The notes under the pieces: model-generated
Told to the model about the DNA's origin: nothing
What the model saw: the letters and a program-made list of their open reading frames with translations, nothing else
The model's database searches: none
Part shown: positions 10,180 to 18,652 of the stretch, in pieces
How positions within the stretch are numbered: the first letter of the stretch is position 1
How the letters are laid out: each line of letters starts with the position of its first letter
Program-made: the position numbers and the translations under genes
Virus record (IMG/VR): IMGVR_UViG_2639762835_000002
DNA: 64,000 bases
Strand: one strand, 5' to 3'
Origin: a virus
Lineage: Duplodnaviria; Caudoviricetes

Positions 10180-10727
10180 ACGGGACCCCCTGATTGGCCA
10201 CTGCCTGGTTGCACGTCTTTATGGCCGTGGGTGGTGACCTCGATGCCGCCGATGTTGGCGGTTTCGCTCACTACGCGCCTGGCCTTGAGCAGGTCTGAGC
10301 ACTCAACTAGTGGGGTGTTTGCTTTGACAGCGACGCTGGCGGTGATGGTGGCGGTCTTGATGCCAGTGGCGTTGAGCGCGCCGGTCGCCGGGTTGTATTC
10401 GATGACGGCGCCGTCGCTGTACTCGGTGCGGTCGAGATCCGGATTATCATCGTCAGCCAGTGGCTCGTCTGCGGCGGTGGCGTTGAGGGAGCCGAGGATG
10501 TACGCATTGCGCAGATCGCCACTGACTGACAACAAGATGACCTGTTCACCGACGCTCAGGCGGTGGCGGGTACGGTTGGCCCCGGCCCTTTCTGTGGTGT
10601 AGGGCCGCCAGTTGGTGATGATGTCGCCGGTTTTGACGCGACATTCCTTGGATCGCACTTCGGTCACGGTGCCGATGCGGATCAGGTTGTCGATCAGGCG
10701 TTGGAGTTCGGTCAGGGTCGGTTGCAT
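10176..10727 (-). CDS. gpV: Baseplate spike protein V
   Basis: NLIRIGTV, GEQV, DGAVIEY, C-terminal HxH; start at ATG 10727. Confidence 0.9.
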   Translation of the reverse strand: MQPTLTELQRLIDNLIRIGTVTEVRSKECRVKTGDIITNWRPYTTERAGANRTRHRLSVGEQVILLSVSGDLRNAYILGSLNATAADEPLADDDNPDLDRTEYSDGAVIEYNPATGALNATGIKTATITASVAVKANTPLVECSDLLKARRVVSETANIGGIEVTTHGHKDVQPGSGQSGGPV

Positions 10728-10766
10728 GGGGCCATTGTTTTGGGCAATGGCCGGGAAGGCGAGGGG

Positions 10767-10799
10767 CCGCCATTGTGTAATGGCGTTACACAATGGCGG
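10767..10799. promoter_or_regulatory. Late-promoter activator site upstream of V
   Basis: CCGCCATTGTGTAA-TGGCG-TTACACAATGGCGG palindrome. Confidence 0.78.
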
Positions 10800-10897
10800 G
10801 GAGGGTCAAACGGTGTCAGGTGATAACCAGATCTATACAGGCTGCACGCAGTGCAGTTCAATGAACGAGGGAAACAAGCTTACATTTTTTGTTGTTT

Positions 10898-11290
10898 TTA
10901 TTTTCCAACGGTATTGTAAGGAAGATTATTTTTCATTTTGAAAATTAAAAACTCCTCTAAAGCGCTAGCCTCAAAAAATGAGTCATCAGGTACAGCCCAT
11001 GCCACAAAATGTGTAGCCTCTGATGCCCAGTTGCTTTTCCTTGAACTATAAATATGATCAACTATTCTGTGCCAAATGCCTTTGTTTTGTGATGATGACT
11101 TTCCGATATATATAATATCATCCCTATTGAAAATGACGTAAACGCCTTTCTTTTCAGCTTCAGCAGGGCAAGCTGGATTATCATTTATTAAATCAAATTC
11201 ATCTAAATATATGAATGGATCTAATTTTGGATGTCGATAATTAATTTCGTATTCTTTAACAATGGCTTTTACATCATTAATATTTGCCAT
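10898..11290 (-). CDS. GIY-YIG-type nuclease domain protein (AT-rich moron)
   Basis: KGVYVIF..IIYIGKS..R..H..LE..I..P.YN pattern; low GC. Confidence 0.7.
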   Translation of the reverse strand: MANINDVKAIVKEYEINYRHPKLDPFIYLDEFDLINDNPACPAEAEKKGVYVIFNRDDIIYIGKSSSQNKGIWHRIVDHIYSSRKSNWASEATHFVAWAVPDDSFFEASALEEFLIFKMKNNLPYNTVGK

Positions 11291-11336
11291 AAATCACCTT
11301 TATAAACATGCGTTCATATAACACTAGGTTACGGGA

Positions 11337-11774
11337 TCACTTTGGGGCAGGCATCGCCCTGGCCAGTCGTGACAGCTTTTGCCGGAGAGATGCTTGCGGC
11401 TCCGGCGGGACGGGCTTGGGTTGTTCGGGGTGGATGCTGATCACCTTGATGAAGATCCGCTTTATCGCTTTGCCTTTCTCCCTCGGTCCACTGCGTGTCT
11501 CGGCTTTCAGTTCTACGCAAGCCAGTTGGCGCAGGTAGCACACCAGTTTGCTGGCGTATGAGTGGGGAATATTGAAGGCGTCGGCGAGGTCACAATGGTC
11601 GAAGAAATCCCCATGCATCAGCCCCCAGCCTGCCGCCTTCAGGGCATCGGGTTTGAGTTTGCTTTCTCTGCTCTCCCGCGCTGGCAATGGCCGCTCGGGG
11701 GTAACTACATCATTTTTACGATCCATCACCTTCACTAGAGGGTCGCTGTTTGGTGCCAATTTTCGTTCAGCCAC
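11337..11774 (-). CDS. Putative CaiF/GrlA-family transcription regulator
   Basis: AGWGL..DLADAFNI..ASKLVCYL..IFIKVISI resembles the CaiF/GrlA HTH core. Confidence 0.45.
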   Translation of the reverse strand: MAERKLAPNSDPLVKVMDRKNDVVTPERPLPARESRESKLKPDALKAAGWGLMHGDFFDHCDLADAFNIPHSYASKLVCYLRQLACVELKAETRSGPREKGKAIKRIFIKVISIHPEQPKPVPPEPQASLRQKLSRLARAMPAPK

Positions 11775-11835
11775 ACATTAAGCCCTGGCTAGCAGTTCCC
11801 ACCAGATGGTGCTTGCAGGGACGAGTCCCTCCACC

Positions 11836-12369
11836 TTAATCAGCCTTCTCATTTCCGCCAATAATGGTCGGATCACACCAATTCCCAGTAGCTTGATAAC
11901 TAAATTCAAGCGTTTCGGTGTTCGATGGTGTAACCGAAATCAACATAGTGGAAGCAGTTGCTCGTTTCGATAGAATGCGTGAAATGTCACCAGATAGTTC
12001 TACGGAAGGATCGCTGAAGAACATCGCGGGGAAGGTTATGTTCAGTTCTTGTTTTTGCAGACCAGGGGCAACAGAGAATTTTCCTTTGCAAGTCTGCCTG
12101 CCATCTTTGTACCTAGCAACTTCACCATTTGCATTCTCCACTTCCTCTTTGAGTGGGTTATGGCGCAGATAATCCAGGAATAAACTTATCAACTGTGTAT
12201 CTGTCGGCCGAGATGACGGTAAACTATTGAGCAATGGCTTTGCCCACTCTGGTGCCTCCTTTGATGCTCTTCTGAAGTAATAGCGGCTTATTAGCCAGCC
12301 GAAGATGGTACCCAATATGAGAAAAATAATCTCAGTTTTTCTAGTGACCAAAAAATCAAGCATTTTCAT
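11836..12369 (-). CDS. Membrane-anchored protein with a tail-fibre C-terminal (gp53-like/H-type lectin-like) domain
   Basis: N-terminal hydrophobic segment IIFLILGTIFGWLI; C-terminal RYKDGRQTCKG..ITFPAMF..P.V..FSYQATGNW. Confidence 0.55.
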   Translation of the reverse strand: MKMLDFLVTRKTEIIFLILGTIFGWLISRYYFRRASKEAPEWAKPLLNSLPSSRPTDTQLISLFLDYLRHNPLKEEVENANGEVARYKDGRQTCKGKFSVAPGLQKQELNITFPAMFFSDPSVELSGDISRILSKRATASTMLISVTPSNTETLEFSYQATGNWCDPTIIGGNEKAD

Positions 12370-12478
12370 TCCTCAGTTTATTTCCATCCAATAGAGTTGG
12401 ATGCTGCAGATTAATATCACCTTCTCAGCACTTCATTGATAATTCTGTTTTGCAAACAGGTTACCCGCTCGGGTGAGC

Positions 12479-12506
12479 CCGGTCACGCCTCTTAATGCGT
12501 GACCGG
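12479..12506 (-). terminator. Hairpin just downstream of antirepressor 1
   Basis: CCGGTCACGC-N8-GCGTGACCGG; no clear U-tract. Confidence 0.45.
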
Positions 12507-12511
12507 TCACA

Positions 12512-13159
12512 TTACCAACTTTTGGTCAGCGGCAGGCTGCGTAGGTGGGGGATGACTCTGTTCCAGTCGAGTTTGCCGTGGATGCTAGGCTGGATATGGC
12601 GGGTCTTGTCGGCCAGCAACTGCTGGGCACTCTGCAAGGTGCGCGGGTACTCGTGGATGATGGAGTAGTAGCGGCCGGCGTCGCGGTGTTCGGCGACCTC
12701 GAGCAGGGGATAGATACTACGGGCGGCCTCTATCATCCGGTCGGCGGCGCGCCAGCACCAGGTCAGGGTGCAGAGTTCGTCATCGGTCAGGCTGATCGCT
12801 GGTTGTGAACGCTGGGCGGCAAGCTGTTCGGCCATCCAGTTGAAGGCGTTGATATAGGCCTCTTTGGTCGCCGCGGCCTTGGCGCCGGTGAAGCCCATCA
12901 CCACAAAGATAAAGCCGTCTTTGGTCATCTCGTAGAAACGGGAAGAACGCTTTGCCCCATTTCCAATTTCGACCTCTTGGGACATCTCCGCAAAATTGCG
13001 GAGATGAAAATCTGAGCTGCATTCGAGGTTGCGGATCTTCTTCAATACGTCGTCATGACGCTTGCCAAAGAGTTCGGCGACTTTCAGGGAAGTGGTGACA
13101 GGTTGGCCTTGTTGCAGGCTGATAATCTCGGCAGGGGTAAAGCTGTTGATGCTGTTCAT
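12512..13159 (-). CDS. Antirepressor-like protein 1: Rha N-terminal domain + P22AR-like C-terminal domain
   Basis: TTSLKVAELFGKRHDDVLKKI, MTKDGFIFVVMGFTGAKA, YINAFN; C-terminal LTDDELCTL..IYPLL. Confidence 0.85.
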   Translation of the reverse strand: MNSINSFTPAEIISLQQGQPVTTSLKVAELFGKRHDDVLKKIRNLECSSDFHLRNFAEMSQEVEIGNGAKRSSRFYEMTKDGFIFVVMGFTGAKAAATKEAYINAFNWMAEQLAAQRSQPAISLTDDELCTLTWCWRAADRMIEAARSIYPLLEVAEHRDAGRYYSIIHEYPRTLQSAQQLLADKTRHIQPSIHGKLDWNRVIPHLRSLPLTKSW

Positions 13160-13400
13160 AGTGTGATTCCTGTGATGCAGTGAATCGCCACCTAAGAGAC
13201 CAATCTTACTGGTGACGAACTGGGCAGGATTGGTCTTACCGGGCATCACAGGGATCCGGCGCCCCCGAAGGAGCTCCTGCCCAGCCCGTCATAACTGAGA
13301 TTGCGGGTACTACTGGGCCGCACAAAAAAACACGCGGGCGCGTGTTGTGCGCTGTGATGCTGTCGGGAGACCAATCCCGGCAACGGATTTTGCCGTTGCC
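13160..13400 (-). ncRNA. C4-type antisense RNA with upstream a1/b1 and downstream a2/b2 targets (copy 1)
   Basis: Minus strand: GCAACGGCAAAATCCGTTGCCGG leader, b1 GATTGGTCT, a1 GCATCACA, a C4 body carrying TGTGATGC and AGACCAATC, then b2 and a2 (a2 runs into the RBS). Confidence 0.8.
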
Positions 13401-13574
13401 TGCGCAGTATCGCGCAACCAACCGCAACCATCAACCACCAATCGGCACAACCCCACCCGACCGCACACAACACCAGCAGCAGGGTAGCGATTTCCGTCAG
13501 GACAGGGGATGTCTGTTTAGGCTGGGGACAAACACAGGGCTGCATGAATTGTAAGAGTTGCTTGACCAGACATG

Positions 13575-13603
13575 AAAAAGCCATGACTGGTCATGGCTTT
13601 TTT
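13575..13603. terminator. Bidirectional intrinsic terminator
   Basis: AAAAAGCCATGAC-TG-GTCATGGCTTTTTT. Confidence 0.75.
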
Positions 13604-13631
13604 GTCCTTCCTTAAGGTTGGCTCAATCAGC

Positions 13632-14165
13632 TTATTCGTTACCATTTGGGTCGTCGCGAGAAAGAAGCCTTCCGATGACGAATACTGCGGCCAAGCCAAC
13701 TAGATCTACACCGACGAGTATACCCGCAATTGTTGGATGACCTTTGTCCGCCATCCATGCAGCAAAGCCAAGAACCGCAAGAACTATGGCAAATCCCATC
13801 CACTTACCTAATCGGTCGTTATTGAGGAACCCTTTGCTTAGCTCTTTGTGCTGGGCAAGCTGCTCTTTCTGCATGGAATGGCGCTGAGACTGCTCTAGCT
13901 CAGCCATTCTCATAATCCGTTCTGCTGACCCAGGAAGCACTTGCTCATACTCGGCCATGGCGCGAGCAGGTGGCAATGGTCCCTGATGCATTTCCATCAC
14001 GACACGCTTGATGGCTGGGGACTGAACAATCCTTTCAACCAACTCAGGATCGGGGTTTTCCTGAAGCTCATGTTCAAGACGGTCAACCAGTTGTTGACCG
14101 TCTTGAGTCGGAGAGGATGTGTCAGTCACTTCGTGCTCGTCATCTGCTGTGTTCTGCACAGACAT
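13632..14165 (-). CDS. DUF2335-family membrane protein
   Basis: GPLPP..MAEYEQVLPGSAERIMRMAELEQSQRH followed by two hydrophobic helices. Confidence 0.8.
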   Translation of the reverse strand: MSVQNTADDEHEVTDTSSPTQDGQQLVDRLEHELQENPDPELVERIVQSPAIKRVVMEMHQGPLPPARAMAEYEQVLPGSAERIMRMAELEQSQRHSMQKEQLAQHKELSKGFLNNDRLGKWMGFAIVLAVLGFAAWMADKGHPTIAGILVGVDLVGLAAVFVIGRLLSRDDPNGNE

Positions 14166-14478
14166 TTCCTTCACACTGCAGGGATTCGATGAGTTGGATC
14201 TCAACTGAGTACTTATCGAGCGATTTCTGCATATCTTGGCCGATCACGACCCAATCATTCTGCAGATTGCTGTTGTCGGTAGCACGAGGGGTTGAGTACC
14301 AAATCGTCTTCAGTGCGGCCTCCCCAGCTGCTACTTGCATAGTGGCATGCAGTTTACCTTGGTTGTACAACTTACGTTGTACCCTTGATAAGTCTTTCTT
14401 TGCGTTGCTGCTGATATCTAAGATTGAGCCAGCAGACATGAACGTGTCGGACATGAGTGCCTTCATATGTGTCTCCAT
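14140..14478 (-). CDS. Small hypothetical protein upstream of the DUF2335 gene
   Basis: ORF with DWVVIGQDMQKSL motif; overlaps the DUF2335 start. Confidence 0.5.
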   Translation of the reverse strand: METHMKALMSDTFMSAGSILDISSNAKKDLSRVQRKLYNQGKLHATMQVAAGEAALKTIWYSTPRATDNSNLQNDWVVIGQDMQKSLDKYSVEIQLIESLQCEGNVCAEHSR

Positions 14479-14715
14479 AACTATCTTGGTGAGGTAACGG
14501 TTGAACCGTCACAGAACATGTGCCTTAAGCCTCACCAGCCAGGGACTGTGTACTAAGGTATTGAAATTCCACAGTGTTGATAGCTGCTCGTGTGGATTTC
14601 ATGCGCAGTATTGCGTAACTGAACGTACCTTACAACTATATAGGCTCACAAAATGACGCTTTAAACCAATCATAGCTGGTCCACTCACACTATATATGGC
14701 CTTCATTGTTGAGGG

Positions 14716-15174
14716 TTAGAGGCACATGGCGAGATGGTTGAGAAGGACCTCTTCCAAGTCATTGAATTCTTGTTGTGTTATACCCAGCAACTCCCGCGTC
14801 GGATAGCGGATCTCGCGGCCCTTGATGCGGTCTTTGAGGCCGTATTGGTGAATGGTGGCGAGACGATTGGCGGTGCCGACAAACTCCACCACGGCCTGTT
14901 GTTCACTGGCGCGGGCCTTGAGCCAGGCGGGGCTACTGATTTTGAAGAACATCTTGCGGCGAAGGCGGCTCCGTCCCTTCTTCAGTTTGGGCTGAGGCTT
15001 GCGCGGGGCCATGGGGTTGCCATCGGGCTGGATGTTGGCGCGGATCCGCTGGGTCTGGCTGGCGCGCAAGGCGCGGGCCATCTCGCCAGCCAACTGGCGG
15101 CGGGCGGCGGGCTCCATGCTTGCCAGCAGGCCATCGGCCCAGCTGGTCAGACGGCTCAGGTCGTCGGCGGCCAT
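14716..15174 (-). CDS. gpS: Tail completion / virion morphogenesis protein S
   Basis: RIRANIQPDG, MFFKI, IHQYGL, YPTRELLG. Confidence 0.88.
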   Translation of the reverse strand: MAADDLSRLTSWADGLLASMEPAARRQLAGEMARALRASQTQRIRANIQPDGNPMAPRKPQPKLKKGRSRLRRKMFFKISSPAWLKARASEQQAVVEFVGTANRLATIHQYGLKDRIKGREIRYPTRELLGITQQEFNDLEEVLLNHLAMCL

Positions 15175-15626
15175 GGTTGATGTTCCCCGTTGATAAAGAG
15201 TTCCCAGGTGATGCCGTCGTAGGGATCGTCTGGCGGCTCTGGCAGATGCTCCCAGCCAATCCCCTGATCGCTTTGCCACACCCTGACCCGCTCGGTCAGC
15301 TTGACGGTGATGATGAGGTCCATCAGGTCGCTCGCGAGGTATTCGGCCTCGAAGGTGATGCCCTCCTTGCGCTGCTCGTCGTTGGTCATCAGCTCGGGCT
15401 GGTGTTGGCGCAACCAGGCCAGCAGCGGCACCATGATCTGATCCGGGTGGCCGGCAAAGTCCTCGATGCCGATGGTGAGGGGGTATTGCCACTCGAACGA
15501 GAGCGAGCGGGCGCCGGTGCTTTCGACGTTGCCCGGGGCGATGAAGATGTGCAGCTTGTCCGGGTTGGTCTTGAGGTGGGGCACACAGCGGGTCAGTACC
15601 TCACGGATCTGTTTTGGTTTTTCCAT
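15156..15626 (-). CDS. gpR: Tail completion protein R
   Basis: MEKPKQIRE, NPDKLHIFI, WLRQHQP, LTERV. Confidence 0.88.
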   Translation of the reverse strand: MEKPKQIREVLTRCVPHLKTNPDKLHIFIAPGNVESTGARSLSFEWQYPLTIGIEDFAGHPDQIMVPLLAWLRQHQPELMTNDEQRKEGITFEAEYLASDLMDLIITVKLTERVRVWQSDQGIGWEHLPEPPDDPYDGITWELFINGEHQPWPPTT

Positions 15627-15888
15627 ACTCCCTCCCGTTCTGATGTCGTTGTTGGCAGGCGATGAGGCTGTCAACCTGGGCGGCGCAGTTGGCCCAGGCG
15701 GCCTCGGTCTGGGTCAACTGGTCGAGCAAGTCGCCGTTATTGGCCGGGCTGGCCGGCGGCAGTTGGCAGGGGGTCAGGCCCTGACAGGTGAGCCTGATAA
15801 TCTGCGGCGCCGGTGAGGGCGGGGCGCTGGAGCAACCTGACAACAGGATCAGGCAGAGGGCGATCAGCCCATTCCTTGAGTTCTGCAT
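15601..15888 (-). CDS. lysC: o-spanin LysC (Rz1-like lipoprotein)
   Basis: Lipobox LLSGC, NGDL..E.AW..CAAQVD..IACQ; overlaps lysB. Confidence 0.82.
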   Translation of the reverse strand: MQNSRNGLIALCLILLSGCSSAPPSPAPQIIRLTCQGLTPCQLPPASPANNGDLLDQLTQTEAAWANCAAQVDSLIACQQRHQNGREYGKTKTDP

Positions 15889-16210
15889 TTTCACGTTTGA
15901 GCCTCTTGATGGTGTCGGCGCGGGTGGCGGCGGTCATCGACAGTTCGCCGAGCTGGCTTTGCAGTTGGGCTGCGGCTTCGGCCTGCTTGGTCAGTTCGCC
16001 GGAGAGGGTGGTGATGGTGGTGTCTTTGAGTTTTTCCCGCCGCTCGGCCTCTTTGGCCTTGTCATCGGCGGCCTTGAGGTCGCTTTGCAGGGTGGTGACC
16101 TTACCCTTGGCGGTCGCCGCCGAGGTGGCAGACCAGCCCCAGCCGCCCAAGGTGATGGCCAAGGCGATCAGCAACCAGGTGAGGGGGGAGCGCAGGAGGT
16201 TAAGCCACAT
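15737..16210 (-). CDS. lysB: i-spanin LysB (Rz-like)
   Basis: N-terminal TM, coiled coil, ENAELKEWADRPLPDPVVRL. Confidence 0.82.
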   Translation of the reverse strand: MWLNLLRSPLTWLLIALAITLGGWGWSATSAATAKGKVTTLQSDLKAADDKAKEAERREKLKDTTITTLSGELTKQAEAAAQLQSQLGELSMTAATRADTIKRLKRENAELKEWADRPLPDPVVRLLQRPALTGAADYQAHLSGPDPLPTAAGQPGQ

Positions 16211-17021
16211 CTGCCACCTCCTGCACCTGGTATACCTTGGCAAAGTGGTCGTATGCCTTGGCCAGCTTGGTGTCGTAGTCGTTGTCTTTGTAGGCGGGGC
16301 CGTTGTAGCGGCGGGCAAAGTCGGCCCACTTGCGGCCCTGCAGGGCCTTGTGCATGGCAGCGTCTTGCTGGATGAAGCGGCACAGGGCGTTGAGGTGGTC
16401 GACCTCGCTGCGCTGCATGGCCGCCAACCAGTCGCCGGCCGAGGTAAAGCCCAGCGCCTGCCAGTGGTAGCCCATGATCTGGAACATGCCCCAGCTGGCT
16501 GACTCGATGGCGGCATCCCGATGCAGGCTGATGGCCAGTTGCAGCCGTTCCCACTCTGCCGCGCCGCCGGCATAGCCGCCGCGCTTGGGGTTGACCAGGT
16601 TGGGGTAATTGGCGGCCATCTGGTTGGCGGTGGCCTTGCCCTGGTGCTTGGTGAGCTGCTTGTAGAACACATGCCGCTCGAACAGCACCACCGGGCGCTG
16701 GTCTTGCGTGAAGCCTTCGCCGATGCTTTCGACCTGGGCAACTGTGGCCATGGTGGCAAGCGGCACGGCCAGCAGGTCAGCCCTGCTCTGCATGTGGTTG
16801 ATGGTCAACTGGTTGCCGCGTTCGCTGCCGAGCAGGGCGGCCATGGTGCGCGGGCCAGCCTGACCGATGGCGGCGATCATGTAGTCTTGCTGGAAGGCGA
16901 GCAGGGCCTGTTCGGTGGCACCGCCAAACCAGCCGTCAGGATCCACCGGATAACCGGCTTTGGTGAGGCGGCGCTGCAGATCGGCCACGGCGGTGCCGGT
17001 ATCCCCTTTTTTGAGGCTCAT
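16200..17021 (-). CDS. Endolysin: peptidoglycan-binding domain + N-acetylmuramidase (DUF3380-like)
   Basis: LKKGDTG..V.DLQ..DGWFG; VES.G, LFERH, SASWGMFQIMG, FARRYNG. Confidence 0.9.
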   Translation of the reverse strand: MSLKKGDTGTAVADLQRRLTKAGYPVDPDGWFGGATEQALLAFQQDYMIAAIGQAGPRTMAALLGSERGNQLTINHMQSRADLLAVPLATMATVAQVESIGEGFTQDQRPVVLFERHVFYKQLTKHQGKATANQMAANYPNLVNPKRGGYAGGAAEWERLQLAISLHRDAAIESASWGMFQIMGYHWQALGFTSAGDWLAAMQRSEVDHLNALCRFIQQDAAMHKALQGRKWADFARRYNGPAYKDNDYDTKLAKAYDHFAKVYQVQEVADVA

Positions 17022-17359
17022 GGCTGGAACCTCCGGTAAATATCGCGGGCATGGGGGGTGGTTGATGGCTTGCGCCGAGGCAGCAAGTGGTACACCGAGC
17101 CATGGGTTTTGAACACGGCGCAAAGCAGGAAGACGGCGAGCCCGAAAGACGCCGGATCCGGTACTGGAATACCTCCGAATAGAAAGCGCAGTGGGATGGA
17201 GCCTGACAGCACACAGAGCAGCCAAGCCAGCCAGGCGGGCAAGGCGCGATATTCGCCCCCCTTGCGGTCAAACAGCATGACGCGCAGGAAGATGGCGGCG
17301 CAGATCAGGGCGTAAAGGGCGGTGTAGATAAACACGCCGGTCGGACTGGTCGGGATCAT
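17018..17359 (-). CDS. Holin/antiholin-like membrane protein
   Basis: Three hydrophobic segments, between the holin and endolysin genes. Confidence 0.65.
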   Translation of the reverse strand: MIPTSPTGVFIYTALYALICAAIFLRVMLFDRKGGEYRALPAWLAWLLCVLSGSIPLRFLFGGIPVPDPASFGLAVFLLCAVFKTHGSVYHLLPRRKPSTTPHARDIYRRFQP

Positions 17360-17361
17360 GG

Positions 17362-17730
17362 TTACCCCCTCCTGTTGAGCAAGATGTTTAAGAGCGTGCC
17401 GAATTCGGTGCGCATGGCGGTTTGCAGCAGGCGGACCATCAGCGCGGATGAGAGCAGCGAGCCGACTGCTTTACTGACAGTGACGCCAGCGGGTAAGGCC
17501 ATTCCCAGCAGTTGGCAAGCGAGGTCAGCCATGACCAAACCGACGATAAACGAGACGACAAACAGGGCTATTTTGCGCCATCGGCTGTGTTCTTCGGTGG
17601 CGGAGATAAACAGGACTGCGCCGGTTAATGAGGACAGCACCATGGCGGGATCAACGCCCGGCAAGGTGAACAGCAGCGCCAGACCGGTGAGGGTGCTGGT
17701 TGCTGCACTGGATGAAATCGGTTCTGGCAT
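17362..17730 (-). CDS. Putative holin
   Basis: MPEPISS start, multiple hydrophobic segments, in the lysis cassette. Confidence 0.72.
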   Translation of the reverse strand: MPEPISSSAATSTLTGLALLFTLPGVDPAMVLSSLTGAVLFISATEEHSRWRKIALFVVSFIVGLVMADLACQLLGMALPAGVTVSKAVGSLLSSALMVRLLQTAMRTEFGTLLNILLNRRG

Positions 17731-17745
17731 CGTGCTCTCCTGTTT

Positions 17746-17976
17746 TTATCGTTTGCTGCCGTAGTGGCGAGCGGTTTGGAATTCATTGATGGTCTGGCAC
17801 TCGGCGCAGCGTTCGCAGCCCCGGATCGCTTCACGGCGCGCCTGCGGGATGGGGTTTTCACAGTCGATGCAGTAGTGCGGGCCGGTGCCACTGATGCGGG
17901 CGGCATGAATGCGGGCAGCGAGTTGCTGTTCGCTGATGTCGGCCAGTCGTTCGAGTTCGTCGTCGAGGCGGCTCAT
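17746..17976 (-). CDS. TraR/DksA C4-type zinc-finger protein
   Basis: CIDCENPIPQARREAIRGCERCAECQ. Confidence 0.85.
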   Translation of the reverse strand: MSRLDDELERLADISEQQLAARIHAARISGTGPHYCIDCENPIPQARREAIRGCERCAECQTINEFQTARHYGSKR

Positions 17977-17978
17977 GG

Positions 17979-18182
17979 TCAGTTCCATAGCTGGATCAGC
18001 GGCTGCTCGGCCTGGGTGGGGGCCGCTGGCATTGTGATGAGGGTTCCGGTCGGGATGATGGGGCCGAGCGCGGCCAAACCGGGGTTGAGGTTGAGCACTT
18101 GCTCGGTGATGCCTGCGGTGTAGCCGTAGTGCCGGAACAGGATGAGATCGAGGGTGTCGCCCTGTTGGCTGCGCAGTTGCAT
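17979..18182 (-). CDS. gpX: Tail protein X (LysM-like)
   Basis: QGDTLD..RHYG..NPGLA..QLWN. Confidence 0.9.
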   Translation of the reverse strand: MQLRSQQGDTLDLILFRHYGYTAGITEQVLNLNPGLAALGPIIPTGTLITMPAAPTQAEQPLIQLWN

Positions 18183-18652
18183 CAGATCAGCTCCACTGTG
18201 TTGTGGGTGGTACCGAGGATGTCGCGAATGGCAAAGCGGGCATCCCGGTAGAGGTCATCAGAGCTCACGATCTTGGCATCGGCCCCTTTGACGCCGTCAC
18301 CGGTGGCGCTGTAGTCGGTGTAACGTTCCAGCAGGTTGGCGCGGGTCATGGCATAGATGGCGCGCCGGTAGCTGTACAGGTGCACCGATTCGTTGTTGAT
18401 GACCTCGCTCGGGACTGCGGCCAGGGTGGTGTGGCCTTCGGCCTGACGGGCGATGCGCCACTCGGCCAGATCGCGGTTGACGCTGGTGATGGCGTCGACC
18501 ACGGCATGGGTGAGGCGGGCGGTGGTGACGGTGCCATCAAGCCGGACGGTGTCGCGCAGGTCAGCCAGCGAGATCGCCGGCCAGAATGGGTTGCTGGTTA
18601 TCTCCCCTTCATCTGGCGCGGTCGGTGCTGTGGCAATGAATCCGGTGCTCAT
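18182..18652 (-). CDS. gpL: Head completion/stabilization protein L
   Basis: FWPAI, RLDGTVT, YRRAI, VELI C-terminus. Confidence 0.88.
   Translation of the reverse strand: MSTGFIATAPTAPDEGEITSNPFWPAISLADLRDTVRLDGTVTTARLTHAVVDAITSVNRDLAEWRIARQAEGHTTLAAVPSEVINNESVHLYSYRRAIYAMTRANLLERYTDYSATGDGVKGADAKIVSSDDLYRDARFAIRDILGTTHNTVELI

Noticed and set aside
13246-13584. Ash-like ORF (and the equivalent ORFs at 26842-27191) as real proteins
   Set aside because: They overlap the C4 RNA scaffold and the frames are not preserved between the two copies, so RNA-level conservation explains them; a short leader peptide cannot be excluded
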